From Eledone cirrhosa (Eukaryota), in the NCBI GenBank assembly GCA_964016885.1, contig OZ024746.1, positions 37,200,001-37,264,000 on the forward strand: a stretch of 64,000 nucleotides of DNA. Direction: 5' to 3'. The position numbers and the translations under genes were made by a program. Shown here piece by piece: positions 1-13,574 of this stretch (the stretch's first letter is position 1; each line of letters begins with the position of its first letter). The notes under the pieces are model-generated. The model ran no database searches and was not told where the DNA came from. It was given only the letters and a program-made list of their open reading frames with translations.

Positions 1-105
1 CGAGGTTATCTTTGCCTTTCATCCTTACGGGGTCGATAAAATAAAATACGAGTAATATACTGGGTAATTGCTGGCCTTGTGCCAAAAGTAGAAACAATTA
101 TTATT
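1..105 (+). mobile_element. tRNA-derived SINE, 3' part (cut by window edge)
   Basis: Matches the recurring body GAGGTTRACTTTGCCTTTCATCCTTACGGGGTCGATAAAATAAAGTACCAG...GGCCTTGTGCCAAAAGTAGAAACAATTATTA seen in about 12 copies in the window. Confidence 0.85.
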
Positions 106-1109
106 AGACAATTTTCTGTAGCAAAATGAAAATACGGCGGAAGCAAGTGATTCAAATCCATTCTCAAATTCCACGGCCTAAATTAGCACATACACACGCG
201 CACCCGCACCCCTCAAGATAATACACATACATAATTTATATATAATGTATTACATATTTATGTAAATTAACGGAATACAAGCGATACATGGGATGTTAAG
301 GCCCAATTTTGAACATCTCCCTGATCGAGCACTATTATCCTTTTTTATATTAACCGACGTTTTGCTACATACACACACACGTATACACACATACACACAT
401 ACACACACACACGTACACATATATATATATATAGCATTCAGCTACGTGCATACATACATTCACACATGCTTACACTGAATAAAATTCCAATTGTAACATA
501 GGGGATAATCGGAGGGCGTACAACATCGACACATATCTGTTGGTCTCAACAGCCTGCATGTGAAAGTCTGAATATTTCTTTAAGTGCGTAAAGGATTACG
601 TTTACCAGAGAAAGATACAAGTTGAACCCTTTGAAAATAGATCTCAGAACGTAGATTTTCAAAAGTTATTTATCTGCCCAACTTCATCAAATGTGTCACA
701 ATGCTAAAAATACGAATATGAATATGAATACAACACTTCAATTAAAATTCCATTGGTCTTTCTCAGGAATATAAACGTAAGACCTGTTTTCAATTGTTAT
801 CCTTTCAAATACAGTTGATTTAAAATATTGTAGTGATGTTCTAAATGCTAGTTAATATCGAGAAGAGCTTTCGGCCACATTTACAGAATGCTATCAACTG
901 ATTTCAAAATAATTGGATTCAGTTAATGCCGTCACAAGATTAGCTGTAATTTGGAAGAAGTTGAATATTGATTAAATTCTACTGAATACTCAAGACTACA
1001 CCTTATGATAATTTGACGCTAATGTAAATATTTATTCCTATCAGTGTGAATGTCTGCACGCATACACAAAGAAACTGATAGACAGACGACACACACAGAC
1101 ACAAACACC

Positions 1110-1830
<721 letters not shown>

Positions 1831-2167
1831 GTGTGTGTGTGTTTATAGTATGTGTGAGTGTGAGTGCGTGCATTACTCCGTTTCTGAATATACATTCACT
1901 TATGTTGTTGCTGATTTGTATAGCAGGTTATTATTTCCGATAAATATAATTCCCAGGGTGCGTAGACAATATAATATTTACCACGTAAGTGATTGTTATT
2001 AGCTCAGTTGTAGGTAATACAGCTAGCAGCAACATCAGTAGTAGTTGCATACACAATTGGAGAAGTCTGGCGTTCGCGCATCACCACTAGCTAGAACAGT
2101 ATTGCTGCCACTTTTCGCCACGATCAGTGCTCACAAGCAGGAATAATATATCATCAGTAAATCTATT

Positions 2168-2312
2168 GCTACTACTACTACTACTACTGCTGCTGCTAGT
2201 ATTACTATTACTACTACTACTACTACTACTACTACTAATACTACTACTCCTACTCGTACTCCCCCCCTCCTCCTCCTCCTACTACTACTACTACTACTAC
2301 TACTATTATTAT
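2168..2312. repeat. (CTA)n/(CCT)n trinucleotide microsatellite
   Basis: Direct reading. Confidence 0.95.
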
Positions 2313-4749
2313 GACAATAATGTTACTGTCAAATCTACACGTAACACTAATACACGTTATGCACGTTATTCTGACGCAAACTATAGTTGTGTAATCCGCA
2401 TTGGCTGGCGTCTCCTTCGGCTCGAAGTTCAAATCCTATCGGAAATATAATTTTCTGTGTCATTAACATATAAAGAGAGTAAAATGTATATGATGAATTT
2501 GTTGATTACATCAGCCCTCCATAAACAAATTTCTTCGGATAATAGAATTGAAGTTAGGAGGTGCTAAAAATGTTCACTGTTAATTTTTAAGTTGAAATAA
2601 CATATTGTCCTTTTAATACCACTACTCGAAGATTGATTGATTAAGTAATAAGTATTATGATTAATGACGCCCTCTTTTACCTTTTCTTACTTACCAGAGT
2701 ATTCCAGACGAAGAACGTGTTAGTAGGAATATAACGTGAACCTTTACTTCTTAACCACTCTCAAGTATCTGCTTAAGAGGAAAATGATGAGAGGGTAATA
2801 TGACAAGAATGGAAATAATTGAGAGTGTAAGTGGCATGTAATGCACTCGTTGCTCTTGAAGCAACGTTGACATCAGCAAATTTTTATTCGAGATTAAAAA
2901 TAAAACGGAAACAAACTGAAGATATTCCAATTGAGGCTTTAACTGATATGTTACTGAAAACAGAAGTATGCATACAGTGTCTATGGAACTGTGTACCATT
3001 TTTATTTCCTTTTTTATTTACATTCATAGTTCAGGCTGCATTGACATTGTCCCGTTCGCTCCCTGAGCCAATACCATAGTCAATATCAATGTAACACTAA
3101 ACATTGTGGAAGACAACAAATACTAAAAACACGTATTGATGTTTGTATTTGTAGAGCTGACAGATACGTATTTAAACAGGATGTAACGTTTTTGTTACTT
3201 CATATCTTGTTGTGTGTGTGTGGGGGGGGGGTATAATGAGCTGAATACTAACCTATTGTGTTGTATCTAGATTTTTTTTGTTGCTTTTATACTGTCTTTA
3301 CTATTGTTTATCACCAGTCCATTCTTGATTGAGCTATCTGTGCTATAACCAGTTGATAATAAAATTCAATATTCACCCACATATAGAGCCCCATTATTTA
3401 TTGAAATCCCTATGATTTTTGTAATTAGCGAATTTTTATTCCAATGTAATAAATCTATGAAAATATTTCGATCAATGGTTACTTTTTGAGTTGCCGAGGA
3501 AATTCGATAAGTGTCTGTAACCCTTCAAATCGGGATGTTGGGATTCGGACAGACTGCGTAGGAAACTAAACTAAAATTAGCCAGATTTGCCCGGGTAGCC
3601 AGATAGTGTCTTATAACGTCTGTAGTATGTCGAGACAAAATTTACTGTAACACGTAGATTGCACTCGTCACATTGCATATTCCGTGATACACCGGCATTC
3701 GCCTCGGTCGTATATTGCAAGTGGTCCAAAATTCCAGGTACTCATGATTTACAATATATTTTGTGATGCACTAGAGGTAATCCAATTCTTGGGAATATGA
3801 AGGCTAGAATGTCTTATTTGGAACAGAAACGTGGTGTATGTTTCATTGGATCTGTCAGAATACCGTAGGTTTTTATGACGATAAAATACTACCATTGTTT
3901 CATGGATTATGAGGAAACATCAAACCTGAAGCTCGGATTTCTTAAAACGCAGCTTCGTCGTCTTACATTGATTTAAGAAATCCCGTTAATATTTAAAAGG
4001 TGCTAACATTCGTACAAACAATGTATTGTGCTTTGAATACGCATAACGTGATCTTTATAAAACTATGTAGTAAATATATTATCATCAGAGATTATTTATT
4101 AAAATGAGAAATATAATTAAAATGATATATCCTGCAAATTGAGCGTCGATACAAAAGCAATTTAATTTCGTGCTTTCTAAAATTAATTAATGTTTGAAAT
4201 ACAAAATTGAATATTGTTCATAATAATTAGCAGATGATCCCTGAACCAGAAGATCATGGGTCAAAGGTTTTACATAAACATCTATATCACTTTTCAAGGA
4301 AACGTTTGCCTATATTATCTATTGTTTGTTTATTTTTCATACAATAGAAAATAGAGTCATTTATTTAATGTCTGTAAAGAATCAAGTGCCCCACCTCAAT
4401 ACATCATTGCGGACTTGTTAATAAGAAAATATCCTTTACAAATAAAAAAAAAAAAAAAAAATAGATAAGGTCTAGTATTACTTTGCATTTTATCTCTGCT
4501 ACATTTTTGTTGACTGAATCATAATATATGTTTTATAGTATAGAGGAAATGATCGAAATATGATTCTACAAATTCTATATTTATTTATTAATTTTATAAG
4601 CTATGCGTACTTCCTTATTGACAAGGTAGCTTAGTCAAAATTGCAAACTATAATTGAAATATCCTATTTCAAGAGAGGAAAATGTAAAACTGAATCGTTT
4701 TGTGTTTGTGTGTGCAGAACATATTGCTATATATATGACGGACATATCG

Positions 4750-5650
4750 CTGGACGTAGCAACTGAGATACGCATGAACATGTAGATCTCAATTAATAAA
4801 GAATTCGTCCCATTAGAAACATACCTAAAAGAAATCAGAGCGTATGACTTATAGGTTTGCATAGTTCCCAGCTTTTGTTGTGCTTAGCCAACCACCTCTG
4901 CTTCCAGAAGTACGCCTAGACTATCAGCATATGTAATTTAATCATCTCACTCAGCCGTTACTAAATCGGGATCTTCCCTAAGGACCCTTATATCCAGTAT
5001 ATCTCTCTGCAGCAGTTAATTTTCCTATGAGAATCAACTGATATATTGTCACAATAAAATTGGATTACCGCATCGGTCATCTCAATACGAAGGAAACTAA
5101 AATACATCATGAGCGTTACCCGTTTTGCTTCAATTAAAAGAAATAATAATAAAATAAAACAACTAAATTGAAGAACACAAATAGTTGTCTTGATATATAA
5201 TTTTCACAGAATGTTAACATGTAGGTGGAAATTAATCGCGAATGAATCATATTCCCGTAGTATTGCCTGAAATATAACATTCGCACGAATGTCGAAGACT
5301 CCAGCATCAAACTGGTAAGCCTTTATGAGATCGGTTTTGCCACCACATAAAAGAGGTTTCACTATCACTAAATGTTCAGCATGGTCAAGTTTGTGTTACC
5401 GTACTTGAGAAAGAATAGGGTCGTAAGTGGCTATTCGCGATCGTATTATTTCTTCCATCACACAAGATTTATGGGCAGAGGTATAGAAAGGCACGGAAGC
5501 ATAATTAGATATAGAGTGTTTGGATTTCACACATCCCTTTCCTTCGGAAGAATGAGGGCCAAACGTGGGAAGTTAATTCACTAGCTACTACATTTCTTGC
5601 AGTTGATTTAGCCTCTTGCCTTGCATCACTTGAAAAAGGATGCCATGATG
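4750..5650 (-). pseudogene. Highly decayed non-LTR retrotransposon RT fossil
   Basis: Minus-strand fragments in the expected order: ILPKERDV*NPN (cf. LIPK.GD..NYRPI, ~5550), DLIKAY (cf. DLEKAYD, ~5325), YADSLGVL (cf. YADD, ~4925), FRYV (cf. FKYLG, ~4825); many stops and frameshifts. Confidence 0.45.
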
Positions 5651-7365
5651 CATGCAGAGTTTACAACATAGGCATATTGGGGAATACGTGTCTCTTAGTT
5701 TTTGCAGCACTGATGTTTACTCACATATAGGGAACCTCCCCCTGCATTTCGGAGACTTTCTAGCTTAGCAGGGAACTTCCAGCTTATTTTAAGTAATCTC
5801 TCTACTCTTCATTTTTGAAAATAAACACCATCAATTCCGATTGCCATTTCTTTGTGTCTTTTAGATTATCCAGTCAAAATGACACACCAGAGTCACTCAG
5901 ATTTTAACTTCTCTACTTAACGCATCTCGGTCGAATTTCTTCTTCTCCAGAGGACTTGCCTTATTGAATAGCTTTGACTGCTATAGTAACCTTACAATCT
6001 CAGAGGTCACTCATCACCCCTATATGAACAGTATGTACAAAAGATGTTGTTTGTCCGCATTTAGGATGCATTTCTCTTCAGAGAGCATTTCTCTTCGGAT
6101 AAGTTCCTATTTCGAAGAGGGCGGACTGTCTGCTAGAAATATTTATTTGCTGATCTAAAGTTAGATTCCAGCTTAACACCAATGTTATCCATCGTCTAAA
6201 CCTGTTCAATTGGAAAATATATTTCTAAGTGAAGATTTGTAAGATTATTTTTTTTTGTTTAAATATTATCTTCGAACTTATGGTGGACCATTTTCTTTTC
6301 TTGTCATCCAGTGCCTCAATAAGCTATTTTCATCCGCAGCTTATAAGGGTTGAAGTGAAAACTGAAGCTGAACAGTCTCCAATCTGTCTCAACATCGTGG
6401 TGCTTCTCACTTTTTCCTGTAGTCTAGGCTAGATCTGGCTGCTTTATGATAGCATGGCAACTTCGTATTTTTCTTAATACTAAAATCCAGCAAAGAATCC
6501 AAAGCTCAGAGGTAATGATAAAATTGATGACTTACATCAGGTACCGAGTTTCTTTTATAGCATGTGTATTTATGAATGTCTTTGTGCTGGTGGAATATGT
6601 TCATTCTAGAGGTTATTCCTGGAAACGTTGTTATAAATATTTTTCAGTACAGATGAAATTTTATACGGGAACTTGTTCAAGATATCAGCTACACATATGT
6701 AGATGACGGAAATGAAATGTTTTAGTTGGAATTCGAACCTTAGTAATTGACATTACTTGGCCGAACCTTATCAGTACATTGAAGAAATCATTTCAAAAAG
6801 TAAAATCATCTATTTAATAATGAGATTATTTTCGATAAGGTTTTACCATTTTACATGTTTCATTTCCTAATTTCAATTCTGAAAAGTGAATTAATACAGT
6901 GAAGCATCTATTGAAATTATCTGACAATTTTGTGCAAAGAGTTTTATCTTCTAGTTGAAATTCATGGATTTCTCATTCTGCGTCTCATTTTTAACATCTT
7001 CCCCCACCATTATCATCATTATCATTATCATCATTATCATTAATTTAATCATTTGCACCATCATTATCATCACTCTTACCATCATCAACGTCAACGCCAG
7101 CATTGCTATCATAATCATCATTGCCATCATCAGAAATAGTATAGTTAGCACCACTATGTATATAAATAACAGCAAGCGATGTAGCACCATGTACAACTAT
7201 CATCATCAACATGTGTTCATAGTACTATCTTCAATATCACGGCCATCATTCTTATCAACATGACAATCATCATCACTAGCATAACATATCAATGTTGCTA
7301 TCATTAGATTAAACAACATCATTCTCATGAAAATAATAAAATTGCCAATATGTTAATCACCCATT

Positions 7366-7470
7366 GCCGAGGTTGACTTTGCCTTTCATCCTTACGGGGT
7401 CGACGAAATAAAGTACCAGTAATGCACTGGGTAATTGCTGGCCTTGTGCCTAAAGTAGAAACAATTATTA
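7366..7470 (+). mobile_element. tRNA-derived SINE, 5'-truncated
   Basis: Same body and ATT tail as the other copies. Confidence 0.85.
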
Positions 7471-7596
7471 CAGCAATCATTCCCTTTCATTATAATGATC
7501 CTTTCCGCTCTCATTCTTATATAAGTGTAAAAGCAGCGATTCTTTGCTTACACTTTAATCTGTACTTAAAATAAATATTTGCTCTACTGGTTTTCA

Positions 7597-7651
<55 letters not shown>

Positions 7652-7653
<2 letters not shown>

Positions 7654-8150
7654 GTAGTTCCAGGGTTGAGTCGGGGATAACCACAGTAAGTAAGGTACTC
7701 AATATATGGCAGAGTATTTTTTTTTATTTTATAGAAGGAGCTTCTACAGGACTAGTACTGTTTCATTCAGATGAAATCTTCAGGAAACTGGGTGTCATGT
7801 TAAGTTCTGGTATTTATACATTTAGGTAGTGGCACAACCGTTTTTTCTTTGGGGAGTGGTCAATTAGCCAGAGTGCTTTTTTGAAATAAATAAATGAGTA
7901 AATAAATAAATAAATGAACAAATAGATAAAAGAATAGATAGATAAAATAAATAAAATAATAAATAAAAATAAATAAATAAAAACCCCATGAATAGTAATT
8001 CAACAAATATATAGTAGGGAAATTTAGGTGGGTTGGTAATCGAGATTAAACATTTAACAAGACCGATCATGGCACAGGCTGGGGCGAGTGGTCAAGTTGA
8101 CATACAAGCCACAGGTGGCCAGAGTGTTTTTGTAAGATGGAAAGAATAAC
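7652..8150 (-). mobile_element. PLE-type 3' end/pLTR fragment (family A) carrying a hammerhead
   Basis: Tail GGGGATAA...GTAAGGTACTCAATAYAT.GCAGAGTAT plus the HHR recur at 16041-16200, and the HHR part recurs at 63924-64000; abuts (TA)n at 7600-7651. Confidence 0.55.
7740..7788 (-). ncRNA. Type I hammerhead ribozyme (family A)
   Basis: Minus strand: gtttc CTGAAGA t ttc-atct-gaa t GAAA cag-tactagtc-ctg TA gaagc; stems I, II and III pair; GUA cleavage triplet. Confidence 0.75.
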
Positions 8151-8188
8151 ATATATTTACATACTCACAACCACATACAAAAACACTT

Positions 8189-8306
<118 letters not shown>

Positions 8307-8432
8307 TTAAACACTTACACACACATATATACCTACACACATATATATATATATATATACATATATATATACATATAAAATATTAAACAAATAATGAACA
8401 AACAATTCCTTATATTAAACAAAAAAAGTTCA

Positions 8433-8579
8433 CTATTTAACGATCGTTTCTAGGGTATATATGTGTTATAATTGGTATGCATATTCAACAGATCTATGTA
8501 CAAAATTATACAAAATTATACAAATTATCAAGATTAAATATACATACCTAACACATATATACGCCGTCTTCAGAAATAA
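8433..8579 (-). ncRNA. Minimal type I hammerhead ribozyme with long stem II (family B)
   Basis: Minus strand: ttattt CTGAAGA cggcgtatat...(~115 nt)...atatacccta GAAA cgatcg TT aaatag; palindromic stem III; lies downstream of the PLE endonuclease. Confidence 0.6.
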
Positions 8580-8798
8580 TCTATATACATATATATATAT
8601 ATGTGTGTGTGTGTGCACATATACCTAACATATATATACGCCGTCTTCAGAAATAATATATATACATATATATATATATGTGTGTGTGTGTGCATATACC
8701 TAACACATATATACGCCGTCTTCAGAAATAATATATATACATATATATATATATGTGTGTGTGTGTGCACACCTACACATTCACACACACACACACAT

Positions 8799-8860
<62 letters not shown>

Positions 8861-9081
8861 CTATATATATATATATATATGTGTGTGTATACACACATAT
8901 ATATATATACATATATATATACACACCTACATGTACGTATGTCTCTCTCGAGTAAACTATACTATACATACATATGCACACACATACATACACATACATA
9001 CACACACGCACACAAACACATACATTCACACATATATATATATACATATATACACATACACACACACACATACATATAAAA

Positions 9082-9142
<61 letters not shown>

Positions 9143-9787
9143 CCCACATACACATATATATATATATATACATACATGTATGCATATATATATATACACA
9201 TCTACATACACACACATACACATTTACAAGCAAACACGCAAACATACACATACATACATACAAATAAGTACACATAAACGCATATGCACAAACACGCACT
9301 CGTTCGCACTCATACATGTGTCTATAGTATAAAGGTAGTGGGACAAATTTTAATTTTAAATTTTAAATTTTAAATTTTAAATTTTAAACTGGGTCTGATA
9401 GAGGATAAATAATTAATGTCACTATTAAGTTATTAATATTATCATCAAGTAATTAATTACTATTTATTATTTATTACGTACTATTTACCATTCACTATTC
9501 GTTACCTATCTTTTATCCCTTATTTATTCATTACCCAATCATTCACTCATAAATTAATAAATAAATGAATGAGTCAACTAACAAACAAACAAACAAACAA
9601 ACAGATAAACAAATAAACCAGTAAATAAGTAAATAAATAAACAAATAAATAAATAAATAAATAGATAAATAAATATACAGTTAAATAGATAAATAAATCA
9701 TGAACGTGTGCGTGCAGCAGTTCATAACTGCGCGTATGCAAACATGAGCAGGTATATACGTCAATTTGTGTGTGCGGCCACGGAACT

Positions 9788-11200
9788 TTACTCAGAGGCA
9801 TACAGCACAATATATAAGACCTGGACGGGAGGAAAGAGGGTAATAATGAGAGATAGAGGGGAGGAAAGAGGGTAATAATGAGAGATGGAGGGACGGAAAT
9901 ATGATGGGGGCGGCGGTGGGGTGATGATATGGGGGGGGGGGTCAGTCAAGGGGCCGGAGGGTCTGTAGTTTTTGTAATTTGCATAGTTCTTGTGCATGCA
10001 ATTAGGGGAGTGTTCCGAGATCTTGTTGAGGAGTGGGCCTTTGGCGAATAGAATCTCATAGCTCTCGGAGATACAGAGGTCACAGCAATTATGGCCTCCC
10101 GTGTATGATCGCGCTGTCTGGAGTAGTCTCCATTGGGTCTTGAAAGGGATGGAGTTTCTTTTTAGGTACCAGATGTGGGCGGCGAGTGTAGTTTGGTTAG
10201 AATTGTCTGGGCGCCGGAACGAATGTGTGTGGGCGTGCCAGCGAGTCTTAAAACTATTGGAAGTCATCCCGATGTACGAGTTTCTTTTTTCATCGGGGCC
10301 TGAGAGTACACCGCATATATACACGAGATCTTTTTTTAGACAGTTGTTGTTGAGAGGGCAGGTCGTCTTATCAGGGCAATTGCAGTTGCTATCGGTTGCT
10401 GGATGGGCTTCGGAAAAAAAAAATTATTATTTAGCTTCTTGAGGTTGTTGTTGGCTAAGTTTCTAGCTAGATTAGGTGTGGTATAGTAAGAGAGTCTAAT
10501 GGTATTCTTATTAAGGATAGTATAGTACCTATGTTGGGTGGGGAAGTGTTTTTGTAAGAGAGTGAAGAAAATTTTAGCTACAGGTGTTGAAACATCTCGG
10601 TTGAAGGGGGGTTGTACCAGCTAATGTGCCTTCGCCTATTCTTCCTGGGTGGGCGTGGGGCTATAGTAAGGTAAGTGATCTTATCTCTAAAGCCACTGCG
10701 GGCCAAGGCCTCGTTGTAATAGGGGGCTGCTGCTCTAAAGATATCTTCATTGGCGGCGAGGCTCGATATCCTAATGGAGACACTTTTTACTAGGTTGTCT
10801 AATATATTTTTGGGGTGGTTAGAATTAACATCTATATATCTAAGGGATTCATTAGGTTTGTGGTACGGGTAGTAAAGGGAAGTCTCCAAGTCGAGGGTAA
10901 CGTCTAGGAAGTTAGCTATAGTTAAGTTCGAATCTAAGGTAATCCTAAGGCCTAAGTTTTTAAAGAAGGTGTAAAGGTTTTTCCTGAACCCATCCGTGGT
11001 CCTGGGGTTGATTTTGTGGAGGGCAAAGAGGCCGTCATCTCGGTAGAGACCGCCGGAGAGGCCAGTGAAGAGGGTCTTCAACCTGTGGAGGATGAACAGA
11101 CCCACAAGGTCACTAATCTCAGCTGAGTCGCTAGCACCCATGCTAACGTCGAAATGGGTCTCAGATTTTGTGTTGATCCAGTGGGATCTGTCATGGTAAA
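9788..11200 (-). pseudogene. PLE reverse transcriptase (C-terminal half) plus GIY-YIG endonuclease, frameshifted
   Basis: FDVSMGASDSAEISDLVG, GGLYRDDGL, NFLDVTLDL, SNHP, WYNPP; CNC..CPLNNNCL linker; SYIGMTSNSFKTRWHAH, CDLCISE; frameshifts near 10600 and in the linker. Confidence 0.9.
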
Positions 11201-11764
11201 ATGTATTTATCTATTTAACTGTATATTTATTTATCTATGTATTTATTTATTTAGTTACTTTTTTTACTTATTTATTTATTTATCCATTCATTTATTTATT
11301 TATTTTTTTATTTATTTACTTATTTACTGGTTTATTTGTTTATCTGTTTGTTTGTTTGTTTGTTAGTTGACTCATTCATTTATTTGTTAATTTATGAGTG
11401 AATGATTGGGTAATGAATAAATAAGGGATAAAAGATAGGTAACGGATAGTGAATGGTAAATAGTAAGTAATAAACAATAAATAGTAATTAATTACTTGAT
11501 GATAATATTAATAACTTAATAGTGACATTAATTATTTATCCTCTATCAGACCCAGTTTAAAATTTAAAATTTAAAATTTAAAATTGAAATTCGTCCCACT
11601 ACCTTTATACTATAGACACATGTATGAGTGCGAACGAGTGCGTGTTTGTGCATATGCGTTTATGTGTACTTATTTGTATGTATGTATGTGTATGTATGCG
11701 TGTTTGCTTGTAAATGTGTATGTGTGTGTATGTATATGTGTATATATATATATATGTATATACG

Positions 11765-11801
<37 letters not shown>

Positions 11802-11842
11802 GTGTATATATATATATGTATATATATATATGTATGTGTGGG

Positions 11843-11881
<39 letters not shown>

Positions 11882-12064
11882 GAGATTTTATATGTATGTG
11901 TGTGTGTATATATGTGTGAATGTATGTGTTTGTGTGTGTGTATGTATGTGTATGTATGTGTGTGCATATGTTTGTATGTGTATGTATAGTATAGTTTACT
12001 CGAGAGAGACATACGTACATGTAGGTGTGTATATATATATGTATATATATATATATATGTATAT

Positions 12065-12099
<35 letters not shown>

Positions 12100-12103
12100 T
12101 GTG

Positions 12104-12136
<33 letters not shown>

Positions 12137-12313
12137 ATATACATATATATGTATATATCGCGTGTATGTGTAGATATATATGTGTGTGTATGTGTACGCG
12201 TGTGTGTGTGTATATTTGTGTGTTTGTGTTTTTCTTCTGTATATATGTATGTGTATGTATGCATGTGTGTGTGTATATGTATGTGTCTGTGTGTATGTGT
12301 ATAAGCACACATA

Positions 12314-12402
<89 letters not shown>

Positions 12403-12856
12403 ATGTACGTATATATGTATATTGTTATAATTGTGTAGTGTCATAGTGTTATATTATTGCCAGAAATAATAACATAACTCATTCACTGATTGGTTTGGGT
12501 TGGATTTTGCTTCTATATCTATTATATCGCCGTAGTTAATTTATTTGGCAATCAACGTTTATCATTGATTGATGAACGGTTAAAAATACAGTTAGAAATA
12601 TATATTATATAGTCTATCAAATTTCTTTCGTCACACATCTGCGCCAATATAATACAACGGGAGGAAACATAACAGTACCACTGATGATGTCGCAGATGTG
12701 TGACAAAAGAACTTTGATAGACTATATAATGTAGGAGGAGAGATTGATTGTAGCACAATAAAGCTATGCAAATATCGGATAAGTAGCACTCTACAGTTTG
12801 TAGGACTGGAGTATAAATAATATAGGATCAAAAGATGGTTAAAAGAGTTCCAAGTA

Positions 12857-12923
12857 TTTTATTATGCGCATTTCAAAAACAAATGTCATCATGGGATGAT
12901 ATATGCGTTCTCATCAGATAAAA
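12857..12923 (-). ncRNA. Minimal type I hammerhead ribozyme (family C)
   Basis: Minus strand: ttttat CTGATGA gaacgcat...ttgttttt GAAA tgcgca TA ataaaa. Confidence 0.8.
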
Positions 12924-13507
12924 CAGGGAGACATGATATGAGGCTTAAAAAACACTTGTGAGCAGTGAAGTTTTAAATCAACATATGAAAAATAAATTAA
13001 GATGGATGAATGAGATTGGGAAAAGGTGAGGGGGGAGGTAAGGAAGAGGAAGAAATAATAATATCATTAATATTTTTATTTTAATAGTACATATTAATAA
13101 ATTCTTTTCTTCGCACATATTATTAAACCCTTCAATATACAAACCTTAATTTAATACTATTCTTAATTCCTTTTTGTTCATGCATAAACCTCATTAACTT
13201 TTAATTTCAAAATCTTTTAAATTATCTATTATCTTCCAACGGTTTTTAATTTCTCTCTGTGAGACAATATTTTTTCTCAGTTGTAAAGGCTATCTCTCTC
13301 TCTCTCTCTATCACCTATCTCTCCTCCTCTTTCATCCTTCCTTCTTATACTCCTCCCCCACCATACTTTACTCTTATTTCTTCCTCTGCCTTACTCCCCC
13401 CTCACTTTTTCCCAATCTCATACATCCATCTTAATTTATTTTTCATATGTTGATTTAAAACTTCACTGCTCACAAGTATTTTTTGAGCTTCATATCATGT
13501 CTCCCTA

Positions 13508-13574
13508 TTTTATCTGATGAGAATGCAGATATCATCCCATCATGATATTTGTTTTTGAAATGCGCATAATAAAA
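13508..13574 (+). ncRNA. Minimal type I hammerhead ribozyme (family C)
   Basis: ttttat CTGATGA gaatgcag atatcat-cccatc-atgatat ttgttttt GAAA tgcgca TA ataaaa; perfect 6-bp stem I. Confidence 0.85.

Larger units (their letters stand above)
8376..12130 (-). mobile_element. Penelope-like element 1, 5'-truncated, with inverted copy of its 3' UTR at the 5' end
   Basis: RT remnant plus GIY-YIG endonuclease on the minus strand; 8800-9695 is the reverse complement of 11204-12130; HHR in the 3' tail. Confidence 0.85.

Noticed and set aside
2697-2769. Possible minus-strand exon with good acceptor and GTAAGT donor
   Set aside because: Stop codons in all three frames and no partner exons found
8545-8760. 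Repeat-spacer-like array resembling CRISPR
   Set aside because: Spacers are near-identical microsatellite, the context is eukaryotic and there are no cas genes
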